Shown piece after piece: positions 30,401-40,276 of a DNA stretch of 64,000 bases. The position numbers were made by a program, and so were the translations under genes. The stretch covers positions 415,251 through 479,250 of the forward strand of contig NMRA01000219.1 of assembly GCA_002633005.1 (NCBI GenBank), written 5' to 3'. How positions within the stretch are numbered: position 1 is the first letter of the stretch; each line of letters begins with the position of its first letter. The stretch comes from Phoronis australis (Eukaryota > Animalia > Phoronida). The notes beneath the pieces were generated by a model, which was given only the letters and a program-made list of their open reading frames with translations, was not told where the DNA came from and ran no database searches.

Positions 30401-33400
30401 TTCTATGATACTTTGTGTGCAAAATAGCAACAGTATCTGTTTCTTTATTTTGAATGTTGTATTAAAACATAATTTTATCACTTATGTTTGTCTTATTGCT
30501 TTCTTATTGCTTTGTGGACACACCAGAGGGTCACTCCGCATCATTTCCTTTGTTGCCTACTGTTTGTAGCTTGCATTTCCTTTGGCAGAACTGTCTCAAG
30601 GGCGTCAAATTATGGTAATATATATTTGTATACTTTCAAAACATTTGATTGACAACACTATTGTTAGTGCATTGAAAATGAGCAAACACAAGTCTTAGTG
30701 GGTTAAGTGTCTAACATGGTTTAGTACTGTGAGAAGAAAGTCCTCTGGAATTATGGACAAAATATCACAATTAATATTCCAGACATTTTGCCTCAGAAGC
30801 TGCATTGTTGTGGGTGCTTGTACTTGTAGCTAGACAAGCAATCAAGTGTGAAGATGTGGTCAACTGAAGAGTTTGCCAGTTTTCAATGCACTGTTACCCA
30901 GGGAAAACTAGGTAGCAAGCTGATCCCATAGAGATAAGTAGATTGGCCTATCCATTGTTCACTTTTTTTTTCTTTGTTATAATAAAGATAATGGCAAGCA
31001 TTTATCATTAACCAGCTTATCTGCCCCAAGATACAACCTACCATACCATATCCATGTGACCAGTATTGTTATATCAACAAAAACGTAGCAAAAGAAAACA
31101 AAGGTAGAGTCCCATAGTGGATAACCATGGATGTCACAAGTTAAACAATACATTTCAACCTCCATAAGACATCATTTGGTATGGATTAGCCATTGAAAAA
31201 CGGAACAGTAAAGATTTCTACCATTTCCCCGAACCTTACCATGGAACAGTGTAACCTAATTACATTTGCAATTTATCAACAGCAATGAACAAGAAGAAAT
31301 CTTCACTAGTCTGGATTATTAGCACAGTTGGCAATGTTCTGGCAACTAAGTCATCGAACAGCATCTTGCGCAAATTCTCAGTTTTTAGTGAATGTGGAAT
31401 AATGACCATTTCGGCAATTTTGTTCAAGTTACAAAAAAAAATGTCAATAGCTCATAGTTAAAATTTTCAACGTACCTAAGATCATGAACACGTAGACCAG
31501 GAGCATCCACTGAAGTGGCAGGGGTGTGAGAAAATTAAACAGAGGAAATCGACATTCAAACGGGTCTCCCCACATATGATCAGCGAAGGCCAAGCCACGC
31601 TCTTGGAAGGTGTCCAGAAACATAAGTGACCCTAAAAATACAAATTCATTACCGTAGTAACAACAGTTATCTCCTACATGCCTGACGAAGAAAGAAACTT
31701 TTGGTTAAGATCAGTCACTGCTATTACAACACTGCCTCCCGTTCAGTAACGCTAGGACCTCGCTAAAAAGTAAGACTTCGCGAGACTACGTGAGATATTG
31801 CCGTGTCTTGAGAACACGTGACTTTGGATAGATTTTAGCTAGGTCCTAGCATAGGTCCTAGAGCTACTGAACGCACGCCAGGTCTCAACTAGTTCCTTAA
31901 AAAACAGAAAGTGGTTTTGGACTGAAGTGGGTTCATTACTGTCCAAAACCATGTCCGACGCATAAAATGACCTTCGACAACAAGCAAACTTTGTTATCCA
32001 GTTGTCTAACAAAAACAAAACTCTATCCAAGTCCCAGGAATAAGAGGAGACAGTGAGGCCTGGTTGATAAGTGCCCGCTTCTTTACCCGAGGTCGTGGGT
32101 TCGAGTCCCACCAGGTCACACTGCTAAACCCTTGAGCCAGGTTTCTAGCTCCTCAGCTAGGTTTTAACCACATGTTAATAAAGCATAAAGTATTTCCAGG
32201 TGATCAGTGCAATGGGCCCACATGCGAGGCCTGCGCACGTCTGGTACAACGTGTATCAGACCGCCTGCAATTATTTTCCCAGGAATCGCCGCTGAGTAAG
32301 GAACAGATGGAAGTGTAAATAATTCAAATACTGGAACTTGCATAGCAAAAAAACCGCGAAGTTCCCGCCTTCTCCCAAGGCTATGTACAGGTAGAATGAT
32401 ATTGTATGTTCTTTGTTGTGTCATGTGACAGGTGGGTCAGGAGACACTTCATGGGCTGCTCCCAGGTATGAGGTAAGTTGATGTGCAGTCCACCAAGCCT
32501 ACAGGGCGTTTTTTGCCTAAGTTCCGGTACTTGATTTATTTACACTCTCATCTTTAAACCCTTACTGGGGAAGTCAAAACATTCATACACATATTGAGTT
32601 AGAAATAAGTCAAGACTCATTTCATAATGTGAGCGGTCTAAATCAACAGTTAATTGTTCAACAGAAGGTGACTTCACACCGAGCTTCAGCTTTTTGTACA
32701 CTAAATAACTGCCATATGTAAGTATTCGACAAAAGAATGTTTAACATTATGAGCCAACCGTAAACTGCTAATGAGTACTATTCATAACATTTCTTCAAAA
32801 GTACTTGTCAGAAAAAAATAAATTTCAGTGTGATAACTGTCTAATTACAACGAGAAATATAGAATAAGATGAGGGGACCCAGACTTTGTATATTATTGTA
32901 TTGTAATAAATCCACGTATTAGGATGGTATAAGTAAGAATTGTTAGTCTATTTGCCATGTCGAATGTTGTATGCTGACAGTTGGCTAAAACTCACTAGCA
33001 TTTTTCACCTGTTGGCAGGCAGGGGTGGAGCACTTCCAATGTCCCCCGTATCAAGCAACGCACAATATGGTGGCAAATACAGTCTTGAACGCTATCGCTA
33101 TTGAACTTTGTCATAAGATTCATAAAAACTCAATACAGTTGAAAATATCATGTCTCAGTATTACATGTACGTTAAACAGTAAACAATCTGCTCTGCACAT
33201 ATACCAAACAGGACTCTTGTGATGGCCAGGCTCGCAGGATCCGTGGGGCGGTGAAGTAGAGCGAGAAATGATTCCCAACTAGACAAATCTGACCAATCAA
33301 ATCCAAACAATTGTCTCATTCTGGTTGGACCACTCCCAGGTGATTCTTCATTCAGCCCATTGCTTGTGGTTGGAGCTGCTGTCACAGTCTTTATACCGTG

Positions 33401-33415
33401 TCTTTTCCGCATCAT
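6342..33415 (-). CDS. GGCX: Vitamin K-dependent gamma-glutamyl carboxylase, whole spliced CDS span (15 coding exons, about 745 aa)
   Basis: Exon translations give GGCX hallmarks in order: [87 protein letters not shown]. All joins are GT-AG and phase-compatible. Confidence 0.95.
6825..6981 (-). CDS. GGCX: GGCX coding exon n ([14 protein letters not shown]...[11 protein letters not shown])
   Basis: 157 nt, phase 1/2; within ORF 6803..7036; weaker similarity. Confidence 0.8.
8367..8514 (-). CDS. GGCX: GGCX coding exon m ([27 protein letters not shown]...)
   Basis: 148 nt, phase 0/1, GTGAG donor. Confidence 0.92.
9018..9145 (-). CDS. GGCX: GGCX coding exon l ([24 protein letters not shown]...GDKLQ)
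   Basis: 128 nt, phase 1/0, GTGAG donor. Confidence 0.92.
9536..9714 (-). CDS. GGCX: GGCX coding exon k ([26 protein letters not shown]...VVFVADFP-G)
   Basis: Translated by hand; 179 nt, phase 2/1, GTGAG donor. Confidence 0.93.
10169..10323 (-). CDS. GGCX: GGCX coding exon j ([21 protein letters not shown]...SLNNRFQQR)
   Basis: 155 nt, phase 0/2; within ORF 10120..10359. Confidence 0.94.
11208..11339 (-). CDS. GGCX: GGCX coding exon i ([21 protein letters not shown]...GYLNHK)
   Basis: 132 nt, phase 0/0; the most conserved GGCX block. Confidence 0.96.
12060..12185 (-). CDS. GGCX: GGCX coding exon h ([18 protein letters not shown]...[13 protein letters not shown])
   Basis: 126 nt, phase 0/0, tgtgtag acceptor, GTATAC donor. 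Confidence 0.9.
13064..13266 (-). CDS. GGCX: GGCX coding exon g ([21 protein letters not shown]...ENRKK)
   Basis: 203 nt, phase 1/0; within ORF 13028..13276. Confidence 0.88.
14048..14211 (-). CDS. GGCX: GGCX coding exon f ([22 protein letters not shown]...[12 protein letters not shown])
   Basis: 164 nt, phase 2/1; overlaps ORF 13968..14156. Confidence 0.92.
14831..15014. repeat. 92-bp tandem duplication (2 copies)
   Basis: agactcagggtgacattcct...cctattcctccctgc at 14831 and 14923. Confidence 0.9.
15419..15525 (-). CDS. GGCX: GGCX coding exon e ([36 protein letters not shown])
   Basis: 107 nt, phase 0/2; contains the conserved GxKK motif. Confidence 0.92.
17916..17994 (-). CDS. GGCX: GGCX coding exon d, identical second copy left of gap (only one copy can be used)
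   Basis: Same 79-nt exon and splice sites as 19262-19340, offset 1346 nt. Confidence 0.6.
18221..18712. other. Assembly gap (N run)
   Basis: Run of n. Confidence 1.
18713..19017. mobile_element. End of a DNA-transposon-like insertion rich in TACTCGA/TCGAGTA motifs
   Basis: Many ACTCGA/TCGAGT motifs; ends ggagaccgggccctg; absent at the equivalent position of the duplicate flank (17668). Confidence 0.55.
19262..19340 (-). CDS. GGCX: GGCX coding exon d, copy right of gap ([26 protein letters not shown])
   Basis: 79 nt, ttttgcag acceptor, CAG|GTAAAT donor, phase 2/0. Confidence 0.85.
20287..20808. mobile_element. Old MITE-like element with degenerate TIRs
   Basis: cagcgctttcccattaagaaaact versus agttttgcttctaatggaaaagcgactg; internal repeats cctttcccacttaa and aacttcggt. 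Confidence 0.55.
24125..24290 (-). CDS. GGCX: GGCX coding exon c ([12 protein letters not shown]...[15 protein letters not shown]...DANRYW)
   Basis: Within ORF 24121..24309; 166 nt, phase 1/2. Confidence 0.93.
25377..26555 (+). CDS. Rhodopsin-family (class A) GPCR, 392 aa, intronless CDS, nested antisense in a GGCX intron
   Basis: Long ORF with seven hydrophobic segments; TM1 N, TM2 SLACAD, TM3 Cys and NRF (DRY position), TM4 W..P, TM5 LIPL..Y, TM6 F..FKLP, TM7 SSLN. A possible acceptor (ttgcag, ending 25356) suggests an upstream non-coding exon. Confidence 0.9.
   Translation: MNTSITIMPSSEPLPESLSAEPEAGHPAAEPEQHPEVPTSEPEAEGSMTEPTSESIGDPIPESESLTGLKGEAIFLITLYSVFIALILVENILLIIGFIKSRKLMNNINRYVMSLACADVCVACLVIPSGILGYFSEEYMMSSFCRACVYFERVAASARLFCMLTIAANRFKKFMRPDTPEESSKRSNINILIGWTLALIYSIPTPIFHDMILAKAKDGSNLFFMTCGIHDAYKAINNAFMLVDFTCLYLIPLFMITTLYTILIKKLHTSNDALSRRIIGMLILLIAMFGVFKLPLHVYKLYINWGPGFFKGAVTVHRICSISGFLGSSLNFLIVMIFNDSMRDAVKKIVCTKRPTVTQVQPQNESTQDVSLALKDNKEQSKRKRLIKSLVL
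29279..29701. mobile_element. Foldback/MITE-like palindromic element, arms about 180 bp
   Basis: GGTACCTAAACTACACGGTTAACGGA at the left is the reverse complement of TCCGTTAACCGTGTAGTTTAGGTACC at the right; complementarity continues inward. Confidence 0.88.
31476..31631 (-). CDS. GGCX: GGCX coding exon b ([16 protein letters not shown]...[28 protein letters not shown])
   Basis: Translated by hand (not in ORF track); 156 nt, tttttag acceptor, GTACG donor, phase 1/1. Confidence 0.9.
31735..31882. mobile_element. Short MITE, copy 1 (cgttcagtaacgctaggacct...aggtcctagagctactgaacg)
   Basis: Internal terminal inverted repeats; homologous inverted copy at about 50692-50848. Confidence 0.8.
32053..32130 (+). 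mobile_element. tRNA-derived SINE head (degenerate)
   Basis: B box GGTTCGAGTCC at about 32098-32108 with T-stem gtggg/cccac; A-box-like sequence upstream; no full cloverleaf. Confidence 0.55.
33205..33415 (-). CDS. GGCX: GGCX coding exon a (MMRKRHG...[16 protein letters not shown])
   Basis: ORF 33161..33415; acceptor ttttag just before 33421; donor G|GTAT at 33204. The true start codon is uncertain. Confidence 0.85.
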
Positions 33416-36400
33416 CAGGGTCTAAAATGATAGTGAATAAATATTATCCTGTTCTGTTCATGATACTTGAGCTCTTGAGTTGTTTAATTTTTCCACTCTC
33501 GTGATACAAGAAAAAACTCTAATGCATGCCCGCAAAAGGGTTGTTGCCAATGTTTTTTCTTTGGAAATATAGTTGCAAATGGCGGCTCACAGCATCTTAA
33601 AACTGTCAGTGCAACAAACTTTGTATTTTCATTTGGAAATAATATATTAAGCTGTTCTCATCAAGATTGAAGTTGAGCGTATGGGTAATGACAGAACACT
33701 GTGCTTAATGGCCAGGACAGTCATTAGTGTTTGCACTGTGCAACTTGGTCAACCTGTCTCCAATTCCAGTTCAAAGAATTCACAATTCATATTAATTGCA
33801 TCTTCAAAAATCGACTAAAAAGGACCAAACTACATTTTACAGTACTGTTAAACTAAAATTCAACGCCAAATTAATCAAACATGCCTTCAAAATAGGTACA
33901 AGTAATATTGTCTGATGAATTGCTTTCACGACTCGTTTTTCCTGACATGTCGCAAAATCAAAATCAAAGCAATCAACCTCACTCTTGAGTGAAACAGGAT
34001 GTCCCAGGTAGTAGTCACCAAAGCAGCTCTCGACATAAATTCAAAATTACATACACGTTTATAAAATCAAGAATTCAAAACATCTATGCATAGCACAACA
34101 AACAAGACAACAGAACTGTCTCAGCAGATAAAATCAAAACTAGAGATCTTTTGCTGACCGGCACAGCACAACAGAAAATAAATTTTGGGCAACATATTTT
34201 GATGTTTTAAGAAAATCCAATACAGTCACCGCATCTCCTTCAATACCATGCCAGTAACAAATGATGGAGTCCATTGTCACATCCGCTGAAAAACGTATTA
34301 TCACTTTTAGTAAAATTTAGGATTGACTAGCAGCCAATGTTGATACTCAAATAATCTTAATATTCAATTCCATTAAAAATGCCGTTATATCATAATATCT
34401 AGCCACAAGGAGTTAACATACCATAAGAGCAGCCATATTTCAAACAGCTACAAAGCAAAAACTTTGATCTACAATGAACTGTAACTTACAAAGGACTGTA
34501 TGTCATCACAGACTCATTATTCATTCTTATCACAAAATTTATATGAGCGGCTTCCTTAATTACACCACCAGCGTTCCAGTCACGTTCCAGTCACGTACAA
34601 CGGACTTTTTAATGGTTTCTCTCTTTATGCCATGCAGCAGTAGTTTACATGAAAGCCTAAGCTCTGCACATAAGTCGATAAGCAATGTTTTTAATAGGAT
34701 TTGTATATCGACAAAAAATGACCATGATCATGTCTTAGGGACTTCACAGACAATCGTCTGGACACAGTACTATCAATGATTTGAAATTTAAATGAAAACA
34801 AAACGACTTTTTCGTTAACAAACTCTTAATATGCTTCCAGTTTAACATGTGTGTGTGTGATTACAAGTCATCTGCCGAAATAAAAACTTGCTAAAATTTA
34901 GAACAAATTTTGTGTTCGGGTAAAAATCAAGTTACACTGATCACATTGCCGTCTTATAACTCTGCAGTACATGCCTTCGTTAACTTTTAAACTTATACTT
35001 AAACTTTCAACAACATATAGCCCTTTTACTTTGAATTATGGCATACTGCCTTTCAACTTTGATGTTACATGTTTGACTCGTTGAAGCGCTATGTGTTGAA
35101 AAACAAGAGCCTTTAAGTGATGACAACGCTGCTTTAAAGATATGTAGGATCTTACATTTATAGTTTTACTTTTTGCAATATTGAATACCTGTGTGGATGA
35201 ATCTTTTATCTTCGTTTCTAGTTAACTTTAAAATCGACATCTTGACTACATGATAGAAAAAGTTCCCCAGACAAACTTCAAATGAGTGGAATTTTTTCTT
35301 TTTCCCAGTTCAAAGGTTATAGAGCTGTCACTCAAATTAAATCTCCACACAGCTTTGATTAAAAGTCCAAGCGTTAAATCTCAAATTTGTTTGTGGAATG
35401 CAGAAATCAAATCTTTGCTCATAATTCACTAAACACTACTAGTTAAAAATGATTCTTTAAGACGCATTTGGAATTTAGGCTAAGAATGTTCACTAAAGCC
35501 ATTTAGAATTTGGCAATAGTCACTCACAGGGGGTATCTTATTTTAAGAACTGGTTTGATTCCCAAAAACTGGTTCTCAAAATGCAGAACCCCTGCAAGTG
35601 ACTATTACCGTAATTTGCCAACATTTCTATCCCCTAGTACATTAAGGAATGCAGATTTTGGGTGCCATATGCCAATACAGATTCAATACAGTGGTATATA
35701 ATCATAATTACTATTTGATAATAATTAACCTAAAACCAGTATACAAACAATGTTTTCCCTTTACACAGACATTAATGGCAGATAACTGCAGTAATCTTGT
35801 TCAAGTTGAAGTTAACTGCCTTTCCTGAATTCAACAACTTAATGACTGTTTTGTACTGAAGCTTATGAACAGAGCTTAATTTAGGATAATGCAAAAGTTT
35901 TGCCTATGACAGACCCTACCCTATGAGGCATCTGACAAGAATACACTGGTTAAAAACCTTATTTGTTATTGTGGTGTATGTATTTGTGTTGCGTGTATTT
36001 GTACTGCAGGCATGCTAAGCTTGTTGACCCTAAGGGTAAGAGTTAATCTGAATGTACTTTACACAAAAGTCCTGTTGGTGATTCCCTACAGAATCTGTAG
36101 AGATGCTAGTCATCTGTATTAGAATAGTTTTCAGATTTCATAAGAAAATTGAGATTTATTTATTTGAAACGCGCTTAATATTAATACCAGCATGATACAT
36201 GACAACAAAATATTGCAGATGCCTTGTTTCCTGCAATAGTTTGAGCACTCTCAGGCTGAGGCTGTGCATTGTGGGGACACAGCAATACAGTTTGGGCAAA
36301 CACATTGAATAGAAAAGTCCTAGTGTAATAGTTTTGACAAATTGAATAATACTTTACATGAAACATCAGAAAAACATTCAATCCTGATGAAACAACGAAA

Positions 36401-39297
36401 CTCCGCAGTCATTGTTTCACCAAACTAAACAGCCTACATCGGGAATGTCAATAAGGTGGCAGATCAAAGATGCCAGAGGCCCTATTCCAATTTAAAGCAA
36501 TCGGACTCTACAAAAACAAACTGAATTCCGGTCCCTGTCCGCAAGGATCCCAGTATGGTACAGGTTCCATACAAGAATCTAGTGTTCAGATTTAAACACC
36601 ATGTTTTTAACAGATTTTTTGGCAATTTCAGTTTGGGTTGACGCATAACAAGGAGCCTAAGATTAAGAAACATTGAAGAAACCAGTTTTAAACCGGTCTC
36701 CCATAGCAAAAAAAACAACAAATTTTGACTTAAACCCAAGTACCACTATGAAATTAATCTCGACAAATTGTTCCTTAGACAAATTAGGAGTAATTTCAGA
36801 GTTTCAACAGAACTGATATGGAAAACTTCACTAATTTTGGACAAAATAATTGCCAAAATTGATTATTTTTTATTTGTTGTAAATGCCCACAGCTACTCAA
36901 AACCTAGTCTAATGCCAAGTCATGAAATCAAACTTAAAACATCAGTAAAGCATCGATTTGGTGCTACCTGTCTTTCATGAAAAAAATGGGGAGACCAAAT
37001 TTCCCTAATCCACCAAGACTTTACTGTAGTTTTAGTTCAGAGGCGGTGACCATCCCATAAGCACTTTATACCGCGAACATTTTCAATAAAATATTCCTCA
37101 CGCTGGCTAAACCAACAATGCTAAAAGTACCTTTTAAGCACAGAGAGAGAGACACATTTAAAAAGCAAGATGTTTTAAATACTTCCATCTTGAACAGTAA
37201 TTCAGATTTCTTTCAAGTGTCTCTCCATTTTGTCACAGAAATTGTTGACGTAACCATCCTGATGGCAGTCAAGTTTTGATCAGTTTCAATCTTGGTGGAT
37301 CACCAATGTAGAAAATCCTCTGATATTAGGATATATGTGCCTATACACCTACATTAGTTGGCTAGTCAACTTGTCATTTTATGTGGCGAGAATGGACTCA
37401 TGGAATAAAAAACTATCAGTATTCTTTGCATTGTGAGCCTAGAAGTCACTTCTCACCAGAAGACAGACAGACTGTGTTGAGATAAGTAGTCCAAATCAAA
37501 AGTTGACAAAATAACCTGCTTGAAACTTGAAAGTCTAAGCCCAGTCTGTTCTACACCTCAGTAATTTCTTGTCAGGGACTGGCTATAACTTCTAAGTGAA
37601 AATATACTGAAAACCTCAAATCACAACAATTTCAGTCTTGCCTGACAATAAACTCTGTCTTATTTTGGTACTATTTAATCATATACTCTTGCAACTGAGC
37701 TCAATCCAATAGCAAGACAACATGTTAATAATGATCCGTTGACAACTACGTTTTCTTACTAAAGTCCAAGTTTACTTTTTTTGATCCTGGGTGATCTATA
37801 ATTGGTACATTCAGGAAAAAAGGGAAGGCAGATAATTGCACTTTTGGAAGTGCATTTATATCCAATCTATTATTCACAAGCAACTATTTCCTTGCACATT
37901 GTTTTGTACATTTTGTTTTATCAAAACGTAAATCGATCAAGCAGTTCCATTCACAAGGTTATACACCTATGCTACAGTATCCATAGACATATTGCCTAAG
38001 CAACAGGAGCTTAGCTCGATCTTCTTAGCTAATTTTTCACAGAGTCATTATATTCTATACAATGTAATAATATGTAAACCCTGTAGCCTACTGTCGGCTG
38101 CGCCTAATGCTAGGCCAATAGGAGCTTAGAACCTAGCTCTAACAGATAACATAAGTAAAGAAGGAGTCAGTACTGTGTATAATGATACCTGGATGCTCCG
38201 GCATGTTTAGTATATAAATAGAAGCGCGCACTTTGTAAAAATGGCCAGTTGCCGATTTGGGCAATTGAATAAAGGACTGCTAAAAAAAGTTTGATTATGG
38301 AGTATTTGTTCGAATTGGAAGGAATTAAAGACATCGATGGCCTCCAACAGTGTCCCTCTAAATGCAAAAGCAAAGGTACACATAGCAACATAACTTTGTT
38401 GTTTCAAACAGTGTAAGGCATAATTCGTCAAAAGGCTTTTGGCACATGAAGCGCCTATGGGAGCATCACCAGTCCAGACGGTTGCGCTGTTTACTGTTGG
38501 CTGGGCCAAGACACAGAAGCTTATTGGCTGCTGCTTGGCCATTGATTAGGGTCAGACAATGAATGACCCTAGTCAAAATCAAGCAGCAGTCAATCACAGT
38601 CATCCACAAGTATGTCCCGTAGTGGCAAAACTGAGAACTACTTTCAACGGTTCTATCTAGAGATGTAGCCACGTATGCTTTACTACCTTTTTTAATGATG
38701 GTGTATACTAAAGGTATGCTCTAAAAGATTGAAATAAGCTCCCGTGGGCCTAGAGCTAAGGCGGCCAGTGCCATAGGCAATTACATCGCCCTGGATGCCA
38801 CAGGCATACAGGGGCAATAGTACATCCCCACAAAAAGTTACTCATTTCAAAATACAGCAAATAAAATGAAATGAACCGTACATATAGGAACATGGAATTA
38901 TAATTAACACATACCATGACTCTGGATACAATTTAGTTAGCAAAACTTGAAAAAATCGATGAAAATCTGTCATGGTTTGCTCAAGTGTATCTTACCGGGT
39001 GCCATTTTACGTGAATCACACATGCTGACGAATAAAAAGTCCAAGGGACATAATTTAATCTTGACACAAATTTCAACTGATGCCTTCTCATGCTATTTTG
39101 CAAGTGTCACACGCTAGTGTCATGCGCTTCGCTCAGTGTCGCGCTAGCCTTTGCCTAACTCATGTGACTCAGTTGACCTCCTTAAGGTTATCGCGCGCGG
39201 TGAAAAAGTGATAGTTTTAAGTGTGGAATGTATTTTTGACGAGTTGAAAAATCAAAATTGGTTACCGGATTTGGGTTACCGCCCATTTAAATACATG

Positions 39298-39831
39298 TGT
39301 TGTAGATGTGCTTCCGGTGAATTATATGAGCCTGAGCTACTCGCTAACGGGCAGTTGCCTATTAGCTGAATGGTTAGCACACTTGCCGGTTTTATGGGGG
39401 TCGCTGGTTCGATCCCCGGGTCGGGTAATCTCGGCTATTACTACAAATGGCGTAGTCGGCAAACGGATGATCTACCGATGAAGCACTGCCAACTAGTACC
39501 CACGGACCTCGGGACAGCGCGCGTGGAAGATTCCAGGAGTCAAGGACCTGTATGAGAGATGACCTTGTGTTCACCTGTGTTGTGGTGGTAAAGGTACCAA
39601 GGGACGTTGATGACCTGTATGCGAGACATCCTGGTGTTCACCTTCCTGTCGCGTGCCCGTTCCGTAGGAAAGGGGGGAATGTTGTAGATGTGCTTCCGGT
39701 GAATTATATGAGCCTCTGTTAGCTACTCGCTAACGGGCAATTGCCTATTAGCTGAATGGTTAGCACGCTTGCTGGTTTTATGGGGGTCGCTGGTTCGATC
39801 CCCGGGTCGGGTAATCTCGGCTATTACTACA
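39298..39831 (+). mobile_element. Non-autonomous miniature LTR retrotransposon (TRIM) with a tRNA-like sequence inside both LTRs
   Basis: LTRs 39298-39445 and 39680-39831 (TGTTGTAG...TACTACA); PBS TGGCGTAGTCGGCA 39448-39461; PPT AGGAAAGGGGGGAA 39666-39679; TSD CATG at 39294-39297 and 39832-39835. Confidence 0.92.
39357..39427 (+). promoter_or_regulatory. tRNA-derived Pol III promoter (A and B box) within the 5' LTR; second copy at about 39743-39813
   Basis: TAGCTGAATGG (A box) and GGTTCGATCCC (B box) at tRNA-like spacing; stems degenerate. Confidence 0.75.
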
Positions 39832-40276
39832 CATGTAACGAAATGCGTACAGAAAGCGAATGGAAGTATTGTAGCCCCTAAATGGCCAACCGAGGGGCTA
39901 CCTGTTGCCTACCAGTGCCAAGTCGACTCGAGTAGATTTGTATTACAACTATTACATACAAATTGAAATTGTATTGTAACAATGAAAATGTAAGTTGAAG
40001 AGGTTCACTGCCCAGCGATAAGAAATAAAACAAGAGCAAAAAACGAAGAAAAACGTAGAAAATAGTACCTTTTTAACTCTACTGTTATCCAGTGAAAAGC
40101 AGGGATATTTAGTGAGCCATGTGTAGCAGAACAACCCTGGTGGAAACCAAAATTAGCTTGTAGGCCTACCAAACAAAACAACCTTGACAGGTGCTACTGG
40201 GAATTGTACCTTCTTTACCGAAAACCTCTGACGTCGGACGCCACCTACTGTTCATTTACTTCCTAAGACAATACCC

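Noticed and set aside
39357-39427. Functional tRNA gene (also about 39743-39813 and 32053-32130)
   Set aside because: A and B boxes are present, but acceptor and anticodon stems pair poorly and the copies lie inside mobile elements.
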